A DNA stretch of 63,325 bases, counting the filler, from Globobulimina sp. (lineage: Eukaryota), in the NCBI GenBank assembly GCA_003354225.1. It is 26 parts of 26 records of this genome, joined end to end, with 100 filler letters (N's around TTAATTAATTAA, not from the genome) between each part and the next. Parts side by side here need not be neighbours in the genome. Positions count along the whole stretch, not along the records: positions 7,325 to 9,665 come from PIVH01007281.1; positions 9,766 to 12,106 come from PIVH01007282.1; positions 12,207 to 14,547 come from PIVH01007283.1; positions 14,648 to 16,987 come from PIVH01007284.1; positions 17,088 to 19,427 come from PIVH01007285.1; positions 19,528 to 21,867 come from PIVH01007286.1; positions 21,968 to 24,307 come from PIVH01007287.1; 19 more parts are not named here. One strand, given 5' to 3'. This document shows positions 9,433-22,510 of the stretch, piece after piece. The notes under the pieces were generated by a model, which saw only the letters and a list, made by a program, of their open reading frames with translations, ran no database searches and was not told the DNA's origin. Position numbers and translations under genes: made by a program. Each line of letters begins with the position of its first letter. Positions within the stretch are counted from its first letter, which is position 1.

Positions 9433-9665
9433 TTCTCAACCTCTTCTAACGCCCTGCAAGGATTATATGTATATAAATTCCATCTTGTAAACGTCATCAT
9501 TTTCTTTGAGTTAATGTCAAAAAATTCTAGCGTATATCCCTTGAATATATGCATTTTTGTTTTTGTTCTCGGATCACATTTGTCAAATCTGTATTCTGGC
9601 ATTTTTTCTTTTATTCCTTCATGCGGTGTACAGACATGGATTTCAGGGCACTGTGCTGGAGCCTC
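9429..9665 (-). CDS. Phage hypothetical protein (5' partial)
   Basis: Open from the contig edge to a TGA that overlaps the next ATG (...NPCRALEEVEK*). Confidence 0.6.
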   Translation of the reverse strand, partial: EAPAQCPEIHVCTPHEGIKEKMPEYRFDKCDPRTKTKMHIFKGYTLEFFDINSKKMMTFTRWNLYTYNPCRALEEVEK

Positions 9666-9880
9666 NNNNNNNNNNNNNNNNNNNNNNNNNNNNNNNNNNN
9701 NNNNNNNNNTTAATTAATTAANNNNNNNNNNNNNNNNNNNNNNNNNNNNNNNNNNNNNNNNNNNNTTTTTTGAACATTTTTAACAAATGCATCCATGTCA
9801 AATATCACTGTTTCATCACTTCATAATTGTATAATTTGACTTGGATATATTTGCAAAATTATGTTTTATAAAAAAAAAAG

Positions 9881-10855
9881 GGATATGATTGTATGGGAGG
9901 AAATGATGCACAAACATACAACGTATCGAATGATATTTTTTATTTGAAATATGCAGTTGCGAGACTGGCATCTTATAAAAATGTGTGGTGGTCATTAGCA
10001 AATGAATTTAATTTGATTGTCTGTAAAAGTGCAGGATTACCAAATACTTTTCCAATTTGGGATCAATTATTTGCGGCTTTAATTCAATACTCACCATACG
10101 ATGGCGTTGATGGTCGGGTGCCCATCAAAGAAAAATCAATCCATCAATCAGGCGATACAATGTATAATTATTCGCAAACATATGTGACACATTTCAGTGT
10201 GCAGTCATTTGATGATGTAAGTTATGAATATTTTCAACAGCGATTTCAATTAAATGTGTCCTCTCAAAAACCAGTGATTTTAGATGAGGTGCAATATGAA
10301 GGTAATTTAACCGGATCTGCAATTTATGATTTATCTGCAACGCAGGAAACGGATAGATTTTGGATGGCCAATTCCAATGGAAATATGTGTGGACATTCTG
10401 AGGATTTATTACCAAATACGACAAATGAACCAAATGGTACTACAATATTATGGCATAATTTTGGTCAGATATTACGTGGTGGATCATACAGTAAAATTGG
10501 ATGGTTTTATCGGTATATGATAAATGTTAATAATCATCCACCATTTGATGGATTACAATCAAAATGTTTGCAATTTGAAAAAGATGATACAGGACAAGAT
10601 ACGATGCATTGTTTAATCTCAAGTTTACAAAGAAAAAATGTTTTTTATTTGATTCATTGGAGTAATTATACAAATTCTAGATATTCAACAACCATTGAAT
10701 TGAAATTGAATAATGATCTGTATCAATTATCATATATTGATTATATGGCGGAAGCAGTCAGTGTCTTGAATCAAAGTATAATTGGAACAGATATTATATT
10801 TACTGCACCTAAAATTCCATATAACATTCAACTGAAAAATATAAAATCCGTATAA
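9881..10855 (+). CDS. DUF4038/apiosidase-like glycoside hydrolase domain protein (last exon)
   Basis: YLKYAVARLASYKNVWWSLANEF and KPVILDEVQYEGN motifs; preceded by AT-rich intron-like sequence ending in AG at 9879-9880. Confidence 0.75.
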   Translation, partial: GYDCMGGNDAQTYNVSNDIFYLKYAVARLASYKNVWWSLANEFNLIVCKSAGLPNTFPIWDQLFAALIQYSPYDGVDGRVPIKEKSIHQSGDTMYNYSQTYVTHFSVQSFDDVSYEYFQQRFQLNVSSQKPVILDEVQYEGNLTGSAIYDLSATQETDRFWMANSNGNMCGHSEDLLPNTTNEPNGTTILWHNFGQILRGGSYSKIGWFYRYMINVNNHPPFDGLQSKCLQFEKDDTGQDTMHCLISSLQRKNVFYLIHWSNYTNSRYSTTIELKLNNDLYQLSYIDYMAEAVSVLNQSIIGTDIIFTAPKIPYNIQLKNIKSV

Positions 10856-11081
10856 ATAAATTGAAAAAAACTACATATCTGTTCACAGAATGCACTATGC
10901 ACGATTTGATGATCTGAGATATATTGCATTCATATATGAACATATTCCAGTATATGTGAGCAGACGTCGACATACATCCGTTGTCATATTTAAATTCATT
11001 TAAATCGGAAAAAGTAATTTGCAATGCTCGCAGTTGGAGATGTTTTTTTTTAGCTAAATAAAAAACTCTACCAGATGTAGG

Positions 11082-12008
11082 ATGGAAGCATTAGAATGCA
11101 AATTACTGATTTCTGCTCTGTTTATTGGTGTTTCCTGTATGATTGCAGCATGTATTTCTTTGCTCAGTTTTTATGAATTGTGTATCAAGGATTCTTCGTC
11201 ATGGATTGATAAAACATATAGAAACTTAACGATTATTATAATGGCTGCATTCACTCTGAGCAGCGTCGGAGATGAAATTCATATTATTATCAAATATTAT
11301 CATTTCTCTGATCGAGTACACGAGGATCGCCCAGAAAAAGTGACCGAAGCTATAGTGGATTCAATTTATTTTATTGGCAAAATTGCATTTTATTTGTTGA
11401 TACTTTTCCGAATTTCAAAGCCATTTAAATTGAGTAAGTTGATGCTTTATGGATTATATTCAATTATTTTTATAAATGCGATATTTTCAATTTCATATTG
11501 TGCGATGTTGTTTTTTTGGAATCAGATCACAAAATGGCTATATATTGTATGTCCGCTGTCAATTAGTGATCTTGCATTGAATTTAAGTATTCTTATTATT
11601 TTTGTTTATAAATTGAGGAAAACATTGATTAATATTAATCCAATTGCAACAGTGCCAAATATTGCATTTGCAGAACGTAATGCCAATATAATATCAAATA
11701 CAATCATAAAACATTGTGTGTTATTTGGAAGCACTGTTCTTATGAATCAAGCTTTTTTTGTGTCGCTGTTATATTTGTATGTTACCAAGAGTTATAACGA
11801 TATTTTTATTTATTATTGTCTTCCATTTTTGCTTCGAGCTTTGGAGAATTTAACAAATATATTGGTTTTATGGTTGGTTTTGCGGACTAATTATAATACA
11901 TATATTCGCATTTGTAAATATTCTCATTTTTGCATAGGAAAATATTGCATGAAACGTACAAACAATGCATTGAATAATCCATACTATAGAGTTTGTGCAT
12001 TTAAGTGA
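11082..12008 (+). CDS. Seven-transmembrane membrane protein
   Basis: About 7 hydrophobic helices; intronless 308-aa ORF. Confidence 0.65.
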   Translation: MEALECKLLISALFIGVSCMIAACISLLSFYELCIKDSSSWIDKTYRNLTIIIMAAFTLSSVGDEIHIIIKYYHFSDRVHEDRPEKVTEAIVDSIYFIGKIAFYLLILFRISKPFKLSKLMLYGLYSIIFINAIFSISYCAMLFFWNQITKWLYIVCPLSISDLALNLSILIIFVYKLRKTLININPIATVPNIAFAERNANIISNTIIKHCVLFGSTVLMNQAFFVSLLYLYVTKSYNDIFIYYCLPFLLRALENLTNILVLWLVLRTNYNTYIRICKYSHFCIGKYCMKRTNNALNNPYYRVCAFK

Positions 12009-12407
12009 ATTGAAAGTAAAATCACTAATTCGATTAGTTTTCACTCGTCAACTTAACAATGGCGACTCCACCAAACTTGCAAGGCCCACGGGATAAGCCA
12101 AACGCTNNNNNNNNNNNNNNNNNNNNNNNNNNNNNNNNNNNNNNNNNNNNTTAATTAATTAANNNNNNNNNNNNNNNNNNNNNNNNNNNNNNNNNNNNNN
12201 NNNNNNATTAAATTAATTCACTTTTATTTTCTTATTGTATATCTGTACGTTAAAGTACGCAGCATGCTGACGGTCTGAGCGCAAGGATATCTGTTAAAGT
12301 TCACAAAATATTGAACCCAAAAGGAATGCTATTGAATTAATTGAAATATAAGTATAGGTTATATGTATTAAAAACGAGTGATATAACCAAGTTATACCCC
12401 GAGTTGA

Positions 12408-14547
12408 TTATACATGCCCCGATTCTGATATTATTGAATTCGAAGCAACAGATAATTGTTTTGCTCCTTTCAATACAAACGTATTACCCTTACTATGCTT
12501 CTCCTGAGTTTCCGTTTCCATATTATAATTATTGCATTTACCACCATACATTTCTTCCATTTCATCATTTTCACTGTTTTTAATATTATGATCAACATAC
12601 AACTCATCTCCAGACTCGTCATCCCCGTCACCGTCACAATAAGTACAGGTGTCCTGTGCCTCTTTAATATTATATTTATTATCATACATTGCTTCAATTC
12701 CATATATATTTGGCTCATAATTGTGATCGTGACTTACTTCCCCGCTGTCATATGCATTGTTAATATCCACATTATCCATCCCTTCTGCATGGAAATAATT
12801 AGTCACCGCAACCTCTGGTACTTTGGGAGGTAATGTTAAGTCCTTCCTAATCACGCACATCTGTGTATTTTCAATGTGCGTTGTCATCCCCACAATGTTA
12901 TCATTTTTCTGTTTAAAATTGTCTAATTTGATGCGCTGCCATACACAACAAAGATATGATAAAAGTATGATCATCAAAATAATTAAACTTAATATAACAA
13001 CTGCAATCACAAAATATGTGCTGTTTGTACTTATTTTCTCCTGCGATGCGTGAGTAGGAGCTACAGAGCCAGTCACTTCACCACTTGTTGTTGTCGAGTG
13101 AATATTGGTGGGATATGCTGTAGTTAGGACTGACGATGGGGTGATTGTTGGGTAATTTGTTAACGTTGGAATTGATGGAATCAGTGTTGGATTATACGTT
13201 GGAATCGAGGATGGTGCGTTGGTTGGAAGTAATGTTGGATGATGTGTTGGATTGTAGGTTGGAGTTATTGTCGGATTGTTTGATGGTGTTATTGTTGGTT
13301 GTTGTGTTGGATTTTCTGATGGAATATTCAATGGATTGTTTGATGGACTTTGTGATGGGTTTTTGGATGGGCTTTTTGATGGACTTTGCGATGGGTTTTT
13401 GGATGGAGTTTGTGATGGACTTTTTGATGGATTATTTGATGGGTTTTGGGATGGATAGTTAGTAGGAGATGGCGTTGGATTATTATGGGTTGGAGTACGC
13501 GTTGGGTTACGCGTCGGATTATGCGTTGGATGGTGTGTCGGATTACGCGTTGGCTGTATATGCAGAAACACAGCACATTATATTGGACTTGTTGGTATAT
13601 ATTAACATACATGTTTTGTAGGCAGAGCCAGAGCGTTTGAATATTCCCATGTGTCATATATTACGCCAGTATCAGCTCCACCGAATACATAAATTATATG
13701 ATTAACAGCAATGACGCCCGGTGCTGATCTCCCACTCTTTATACGCACCGAACTCAATTGCATATTTCCCGCAGCATTCATAATTTGAATGCTTTTATCT
13801 GGATTCTCGCCAATTACCTTCCCGCCAATAAGATATACGATATCATCAACAACCACTGTTCTGTGATTATACCAATTTCCCTGCATTGTCTCCCAACTAT
13901 TGTCCCAGTTTGCAGTCGCAATTGAGGCCATATTTCCAATGTAAATGCGAGGTACTTTGGTGACAGCAATGCCATTAAAATCACTGCCACCGTATAAGTA
14001 AAGATAATTATTAATAATATTGCACGCTGACTGACGGACTGCAGTTTGCAAACTCCTGCCTTGCGTCCAACCGTAGCCCACAGTATCATATATCATGAAT
14101 TTAGTGCTCGGTGGACTATTTGTTTCAGATTCATCCATTCCTGAAACAAGGAAAATATATCGACCATCATTTGCTAGACATGGCCCAGCAATATCTCTGA
14201 AATATGAATTAAAAGTTATTGCATTGGTGATTTGACCAGAGGTTAAATGGAATACTTGTAATTTACTATTGAATGCAAAATATAAAAGATTACCAATTTG
14301 GGTGTAAGCTTGCCCATAAATATTCGGTGCTGTGCTGAATGATAAATAATTGTTGCTATCGTCAATAAATGTTTGTGTTTCATAATCATCGCCACCTCGC
14401 ACATATAGTTTTCCTTCTTCTCCAACTGTCTGGGTTCCCGGCAAGGTATTTAGTACCCCTGCAATATCTCCTGTAGCCCCTGCCGTGGTAACAATATCCA
14501 GTTCATTGAGTACAGTCCGCTTGCTTTCGCCTCCTGCTTCAAATGAT
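12408..14547 (-). CDS. Kelch-repeat surface protein with PT/PS-repeat stalk and single TM (5' partial); intron 13554-13610
   Basis: Kelch motifs LYLYGG, VYLIGG and IYVFGG; P(T/S)xx tetrapeptide repeats; TM segment FVIAVVILSLIIL; a phase-0 GT-AG intron joins the two ORFs. Confidence 0.85.
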
Positions 14548-14877
14548 NNNNNNNNNNNNNNNNNNNNNNNNNNNNNNNNNNNNNNNNNNNNTTAATTAAT
14601 TAANNNNNNNNNNNNNNNNNNNNNNNNNNNNNNNNNNNNNNNNNNNNAGTGATGGTAGTGATGTTAGTGATGGTAGTGATGGTAGTATTGGCATTTGTGT
14701 TGATACTCTGGTGAATGGTGATGGTGATGGTGTTGATAAACTAACTAACTTAATTTATTTAACTAATGTTTTTTCTTAGAAATAACCAAAACTGCTATAG
14801 CTATTTGTAACAATTGTACTTTGTAACAGTCCAGTCGTGTCTCTATAGCTTGGTGTTTGTTGGAATGATTGTTAAGA

Positions 14878-16987
14878 ATGAGCATAGTAAAAAGTTTCTT
14901 GGGACGACTTATCGGTTCAGGAAAGGAACAGCCACAAAAATTATTAGGAGGCACTGATGGCAATTTATTTCATACATTAATATTGGCCTATGTTCGTATA
15001 TATTTACAAAATCAGGATGCCAAAACAAATCAGAGTTCATCCAAAAAGGATAATAGAAGTAATAAAATTAATAAAAAAGGCAAACATAACAACAACAACA
15101 ACAACAATGACGATGAAGATGAAAATGAAGAACAGGATCCAACTGCAGTTTTATTATCCATATTAACAATAATGCCCAAAATATCACATGATAAATTGGA
15201 GGATAATTGTATAGCTACTGATTTATTGCAATTTTTAAAGATAATATGCCATCAATTTACAAATAATATACTAACTATTGATGATCAAGAACGCATTGCT
15301 TTTTATGAGCCACATTTACAAACTCCTGACTCATTGCCGCCATCTATGCGTAAACATAAAGGTATTTTATATAATAACTCGCATATTCGCAATTCGCAAA
15401 TATAATATAATAATATTAATAATATAAAAAGGCAAAGGGAAGAAAGGGAAATCATACGGTCCAACGGATGCAATGGCCCAAAATTCAAATCCAAATAAAA
15501 AACTGGAAACAAAGAAAAAAATGTCTTTTTTGACAAAAAGAACAGATTCAAATAATAAAAATAGGCCATCCTTTAAAGAACAAACGCACCATAATAACAA
15601 TAATAATAATAATAATAATAATATCCATCCATCCTTGATGGCCATTTATGCGAATGACCCAAAACGTAATATTTTAGCTGATGAATATTATTTAAGTGAT
15701 CACAACAATAACAAAAACAATAAAAAATCACAAAGACACAAAAAAACACACAAATCCTCATCATCAGAAGAAAAAAAACAAGCGGAGCTGAAAGAATCAA
15801 ATCCAAATTATAATAAACAGAAAATAAGAGACCGACTCGCCAATGATACATTGCCATGTCCTGCCTTAAAAAGGTCGCGCATTGTCCACCATTTGACCGC
15901 GCATCCATCAAAAGCTCCATTCGGCGCATTATTGTCTGCATTTGAACAGTTATTGGATTCAAATAACAAATACATTATACGGCCACGCATCGATGTACTT
16001 AACCAATATGGCTGTATGTCTTCGTGTATTTGCAAATTGCTGCACATATTAAGTCCACGCAAATGGGATGAAAACGAGACCCCACAATTCAAAGATGTAG
16101 TATTCAAATTAAAACAAAGGTTATTGAAATTTTTCCTCATCTTAGCACCTCAAACCTCCACCACATTGGAATTAGTTCGTTCGCGTCAATTGCAACAGAT
16201 ATTTGCCTCATTGATATCATGTGTAAATAATCCGAAAAAATCATCCTCATTTCAGACACTGGATCATCAGACTGTGATATGCATCATGATAAAGGCCATT
16301 GCCACCACTAAAAATGTGCAAATCGCCGATGTATACAATTACTTACATGAACGACACCACATTGCCACACTATTAACCGTGTTAAGCACACAAACCAGAA
16401 AGAACTTAACTGGCTCATCCGGCGTATATTTGGCCTCTGCGGTGACTGTATTGACCGTATTGCGCTCACTGCTAAAATATTCGTCCGTTGTTACTCCCTT
16501 ATTAGTGATTGACTTTCGGCAAGGAAATGGCTTTGAAGTATTGGAACAATTATTAGTGGTCGCTTCCTCTTTAGGCGATGACAACCACCAAAAAACAGTT
16601 GTTTCTAATTGGAACCGCATGGAAGAGTTCGGCTTAACGAGAACTCCCTCATTGTTGGCATGCAAACTGGAATTAATCGATATGGTGCATGAGTTGGTAT
16701 TTATGGATGATGGCGACGAAGAAAACTTTGTTGATTATGAATTTATTGAACATCAATCCAATGGCACACACCACCAACACCACCAACACCAACACCTACA
16801 CTCTGTCATTGATAAGAAACCATCCATATTGACACAGGCGGCAGCCTCAACAAAGTCTCGTGTTTCAAGCAAAGCACAAAAAGTCTTTTCCCCGAGACAT
16901 AATAGTAATAATAGTAATAAGTCCGATGGTGAGTCCGATGAATTGGTTGATTTATTAGCTTCGCCTCGAGATATTGCGGGTCAATCC
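14878..16987 (+). CDS. Probable N-terminus of a BEACH-family ALFY/WDFY3/LvsA-like protein (multi-exon, partial)
   Basis: MSIVKSFLGR start and LLVIDFRQGNGFEVLEQLL resemble the WDFY3 N-terminal helical region; the BEACH domain itself is not in the contig. Confidence 0.45.
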
Positions 16988-17087
16988 NNNNNNNNNNNNN
17001 NNNNNNNNNNNNNNNNNNNNNNNNNNNNNNNTTAATTAATTAANNNNNNNNNNNNNNNNNNNNNNNNNNNNNNNNNNNNNNNNNNNN

Positions 17088-18199
17088 ATAACATTGATAA
17101 TGAGCCGGAAATAAAAGTTATAAAACAAATTAAAACTGATAATAATAATGACAACGATGAAATAAATGCATTTGTTTTTGGTAAAAAAGATGAAGAGGAA
17201 GAAGAAAAAGAGGAAAATGTGAAATCATCAAAAATAAATAGATTCGCAGTATCAATGATTAAATTATCAAAAAAAAATAATACATTCGCAGTATCAATGA
17301 GATTAAAAAAAGGCATCCTAAAAATAATAAATATTGAAGATGATGATTTGGATGAAATGACATTTAACATCGATAAAAATAAGATATTATCATATTTTGG
17401 GGAAGCTTCATTGGGGAAATATATCCGAGAAATGGTGGTTTTATCCTCGATAAATGTGTGGCAATTTAAAGACAATAAAAAATGTCAATGGATTGATGTC
17501 GATATGATGTTGTGTTTATATTTAAATATATTACCATTAAATACAAATATTGTGATAAAAACAAGCAAATCCAATTTAAAAATGATTTTAATTCGTACAT
17601 CGGCGTCAAATGTGGTTTTATGGCGTGGTCGTAATAAAATAAAATTAAATCAGATAAAAAAATCCATATCGAATGGTATTTATCTTCCATTATTTTGGGA
17701 AAGAGAATTATTGAATAAATCATTAAATAAAACATATTTATTTACAATTGACTTGGATGTGTTTGAGTATTTTGGCAATAAAAAATATTCGATTTGGTAT
17801 AAATATTTAAAAGAATATATCAAAAGTAAACAAATTGGCAACCTTTGCAGTATACAGAATTGGATTAATTATCATTCATTTAATTTTTATTCAAATTGGA
17901 AATGTGCCACAAAACATGGATTTAAAATTGTTAAATTGTGGTTTGCGGAGAACAATAAGCAAAATGTGTTAAAAAATGGATTTTATAAAAGTAAAAATGA
18001 CCCAAATGGATGGGTTTTCTATTCAAAGTTAGAGAGAGCCATCAAAGCCAATAGTAAGAGCAACGTTTTTTTGTTATGTGAGGTTTGCATTGATGAAGAA
18101 AATGAGAAAGAATTGCTGAAAGATGGTGGCTATGGATCATGTGTATTGAACTCGAGTTTATGTGCATATCCTGAGTTGTCTATAAGGATCAAAAAATGA
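17088..18199 (+). CDS. WWE-like plus degenerate PARP-fold protein (5' partial)
   Basis: WQFKDNKKCQWIDVD (WWE-like); IQN..NY, KLWF, VLKNGF, GWVFY, FLLCEV and YPELSI follow PARP catalytic motif order. Confidence 0.5.
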
Positions 18200-18487
18200 T
18201 ACTGTATTACTTATAAATATTTTTGTAGTGACTGTAGTGAATACAGCCCAATTTGATTTATCCGAAAGTCCGGAAGTTCGATCTTAATTTTTCGTTGTTT
18301 CTGACAGCTTAATGTCAGATGAAGAATCATCTGATGTCTGATGAAGAGGATATGGGATTGTTCATAAAAAAAGTTTTTAAATTATAGTTTATACATGTTC
18401 ACGATCTAAAGTCTGTGGTGATTGACTGATTGTTCTCTCGATACAAAAAACTTAAAATCATTTAACTCACAAGTCTACAATTGCTAT

Positions 18488-19427
18488 TTACACACATCTG
18501 CGAACAATTGTCGGTCCAATGTCATCGTATTGATCCTTGGTTATCCACATGTCATTAAATGTTGACAATGAGGTCAATACACTGCCACCATACCATGCAG
18601 CATATTTTTGACAATTTGCTTTTACATTTATTGTCTCATTGCCTACCTTTAATTTGTTAATCTCTCTCTCCAATCTATGATCCATACCTTCAAATATTGA
18701 GCTACCACCAAACAAAACGATATTTCCAAGTAATTCTTTTTTGACATTAACATCAATATCCTGACTATCCTGACATTTTGCAATTGTCTGATAACATATT
18801 TCTTGAATTCCAACCTCTGCTGCTTTTTTTACATTTGATAGCAATGACGGTTTAAACAAACACTCCACACATTGCGATTTCTCATATTCATTTAAATATA
18901 TTTTTGTGCCATCCGGCAAAGCATAACTTACCGTTGGTTTATCATCATAGAATTTGTAACAAAGACTCATAATATCTCTCGAAATTAAATTCCTATTTGC
19001 ATTTAAATTAAAATTTGTATGATTCCGTAAATAACCGCTCATCATATAATCCTCAATATCGTTTTGTGACCATTCTGGGAATATTTTTGTATAAACCATC
19101 CCCTGTTTATGTTTAATATCATCGATAATATTCATATATTTATAGCCATGGGAAACATTAATATTTTTGTCCAAATTATTTATTAAATCATTAGTGTTTA
19201 ACGTTTGTTGTAAATAATTTGTAATATCATTACCTCCAACGTCCGTTGATGTGATTGCATTCGGTAAACACTTCCCATCCACATATGGCACACAATATGT
19301 TAGGTTGTAACCCAAATCCACGGAAATGCCAGTTTGCAATCCAGAGCCATAAAGATTTAATTGTGACTGTAACGAAACATAAAAGCAAAGAACATTAAAG
19401 GTTTCAAACATAATTTGAATCATTTTC
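18488..19427 (-). CDS. Divergent actin-family protein (5' partial)
   Basis: MIQIMFETFNV, YALPDG, NIVLFGGS, AWYGGSVLTSLSTF and GPTIVRR motifs. Confidence 0.92.
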
Positions 19428-19527
19428 NNNNNNNNNNNNNNNNNNNNNNNNNNNNNNNNNNNNNNNNNNNNTTAATTAATTAANNNNNNNNNNNNNNNNN
19501 NNNNNNNNNNNNNNNNNNNNNNNNNNN

Positions 19528-20546
19528 CACCAAAGAGGATGACCAGCTGTTTGCCTCAAGCCGCAGTCGCACGCATTCAAAAAAGCAGCTTCCAAATGGA
19601 TTGGGATATATTGACTGTAGGCTCTGTGATTGGATGCACTGTATTGACAGCAGAGGCAGATCCACATTTAAGTGAAGGAATAGCAGTAACTGTCTTAGTT
19701 GATTATGATGATAAACGTGTAAAGTTCGTAGGCATCGAGCAATCCTCACCTTTAACTCACGAATCATCGGGAAATAAATCTGTAGCGAGCCATAGATATT
19801 GGAACGATGTATATTTGCTTATTCCATATGACACAGCACACCGTAAACCATTGCAAGTCGACGACAAAGTCTTCGCACTCTTTCAAAATGAAGATTTGTC
19901 ATTCTCCACGGTGTATTATCAAGCAATTATTGTGCAAATAGCCGAAACGCAGAGTGCTAAAATCACCGTCAAATTCTTGGGTAATCCGAAAAATATATCT
20001 ATGCAGTTAACACCACAGACATTAATAGGAAATGTCAGCGTTCCTACAGTTATTCGTCGCTGTTGCGCTAAATTTACAAATCCATATTTCCACGCTATTT
20101 CACATAAAAATAAGCAAAATACAAATAATATCAAGCAAACCATTGAAAAGAGTCAGAATGAACACAAAAATAACAACGTGCAGAGTCAGACTGCATTCGA
20201 TTATAACATTAATATCAACGAACCGGAGGAGCAAAAGGAACCACCTCAGAAAAAACAGAAAATTGTCGCATATGAGATGCATTCGCCTGTGCCTTATAAA
20301 TGTAATAATGGTGCGTCTCTCCGCGAACATACGTGTATTCCATGCGGTTTGTCTATATATATTTTAATTTCATTTGCTTTGTTGTACTGTACATGTTTAG
20401 CTATAATTATACATATAAACAAAATTAAAGGTCATTATTTATGGATTTGTATCTGTGATTATTGTATAGAACATAATATAAAACAAATAGAAAGGTGTCC
20501 AATTGCAATTTGTCAAGAAATTTGCAGAGGGATTAAACGAAGTTGA
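19528..20546 (+). CDS. Tudor (SGF29-like) plus RING-like zinc-finger protein; in-frame intron 20347-20430
   Basis: DKVFALF...STVYYQAII tudor-like motif; splicing yields CIPCGH..CICDYC..CPIAIC. Confidence 0.6.
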
Positions 20547-20747
20547 TGAGGAACCATTATATTTTGTAATTTGCAGTCTTTTGTTATATTTGTACATAAA
20601 GTAAATAGACAATGCGTGTAAGTTTTGTGTTGTTTTTGGAACAGTATTTCTACTGAGTTTGCTCGGCTGTTTTTTGTAAAGGCTTTCAATGCATAGCAAG
20701 GACAAGAAGACCCAGATCACACTTCACGTACTGACAAGGCATTTATT

Positions 20748-21759
20748 TTAACTTGAAACCATCAGCGACGTACCTCTTGTTTTCCCATTATGTCCTTCGT
20801 CAGTTTCCATGTGCATTTCGTGCACAATATCCTCAATAATGACATCTTGCACTTTTGATGAATTCGCTAACATATCATCATATTGCTCCGGCTGCCAACG
20901 ACGCACTGTCTCATTGCCTTCACTTACAACACTTTTATCATTATTGCTCTCTTTCAAATCCGTTTTATTCCCGCACTGTTTTCCCGATTCCTTTTTGTTT
21001 ACAAATCTGTGCATTTGTTGCAATCTGAAAATTAATATGCGAACTGTCCGCAACTTACAACAATAAGCAGTCATCAATGCGGCACACAAAACAAACATAA
21101 CCGCGATTACCATCCAATAAATGTGCATTTGTGTACGATGCGCTCTTTCCATGTTTCTGCTCCTTTCAGTGGTTTGATTCAAATCTGTTCGTAATTCAAA
21201 TATTATTCTATCTGACTTTCGTTCCATTTGTTGCACTTCAAATGTGGCACGAGACACTTTTTCAAGTTTTTGGTTCAGCAAATTGGTGCATCGTTTGGTA
21301 AATGTGAGTGTGGTGCAGAGGTCATAGGATTTGCCGCATTCTGTCCATACCGGTTCGATGATAAGTTCACTTGTATTCGTTTCGGGATTGACAAAACTGG
21401 AAACACTGTGTGTGCCGTCATAATACATTGTTAAATTATGTTGTATTCCAATTATTTGCCAAAGCAACAGTCGCAACTTCTGGCTGAACAGCGTACGCAT
21501 TGGAGAGTAAACCACAAAATAATACTCTTTGCTCGGATGCTTATAAATATCGCGAATGGTTTGATCCTTTGTATGTGGGACTGGAGTTGCAATTGATTCT
21601 AGATCTGGTTTAACAAAGTGGTACAACAGATTATTCAAAAAAGGATACGACTCACTCAATACTGCATAATATTGCGGTTTCGATTTCTTACCATCGAAGC
21701 TTGAATCAGTGGCTATAATTAGAGCGCTGGCTGAGAGGAAAATTAATGAAAGGGACATG
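20748..21759 (-). CDS. Signal peptide plus single-TM hypothetical protein
   Basis: Hydrophobic N-terminus MSLSLIFLSASALIIA and TM segment IYWMVIAVMFVLCAALM. Confidence 0.6.
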
Positions 21760-22510
21760 ATTATTTTTACAAAATGATAAAAAAACTTTAACTTCAAACA
21801 AAAAAGAATAAAAAACAAACAAACACAAATATTAATTATAATTTACAAAACGAGAGTGAGAGAATAANNNNNNNNNNNNNNNNNNNNNNNNNNNNNNNNN
21901 NNNNNNNNNNNTTAATTAATTAANNNNNNNNNNNNNNNNNNNNNNNNNNNNNNNNNNNNNNNNNNNNATGAAACTTATTTGTCCGTATTGGATGGAATTG
22001 AAATCGGTATATATGGAACAAGAGAATATGAAAGAAAACAAATGAAAATTAGAATGAATGGATATAAGAATACACAAATTGATTTAAAGAAAATAATTTT
22101 CAATATTGGACGAATAATACGATGGTTAGAATCATCAAAAATAAATAATTTTATGGTTATTTGTGACATGAATAAAATGGACAAGGAATATGCAAACAAA
22201 TTGGATACATCTGAGATTTTAAACGAATGTATGCGGATATCAGCAAATGTAGAAGCAATTGCAAATGAATTATGTTTTGTAATTACAAATAAATATTGTA
22301 AAATATCTGGATGGAAAGAATCTAGCTTTCAATGGGGAAAATATTTTTAAGATAAGATAAGATTATGACCTTTTAATGTCCACAATGTAATAACTTATTT
22401 AATACCTAAACCACGTGCAAGGTTCATTGCATTGATTGCAAAGAATATTGTTGAGTTTAAACAAAAATGATTTCTTAGTATTTTGAAGATAAAAAACAAT
22501 ATACTGAATC

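Larger units (their letters stand above)
7325..9665 (-). mobile_element. Bacteriophage/prophage fragment (early or replication-associated variable region)
   Basis: Short co-oriented intronless ORFs with Shine-Dalgarno motifs (GGAGG, GAGGTG) and ATGA stop/start overlaps; YopX and an orphan methyltransferase. Confidence 0.85.

Noticed and set aside
9494-9522. TTAATGTCAAAA as a fifth dif-like site
   Set aside because: It lies inside a coding region, has an extra base in the arm, and has no CATAA partner arm at 6-bp spacing.
13145-13640. Repetitive plus-strand ORFs (FDGL/MDF repeats)
   Set aside because: These are antisense shadows of the PT/PS tetrapeptide stalk of the Kelch protein.
14648-14735. 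AGTGATGGT tandem repeat; similarly the 15-bp duplication GACAGTGCAAGGATA near 53935-53964
   Set aside because: Ordinary short tandem repeats with no unique spacers or associated genes.
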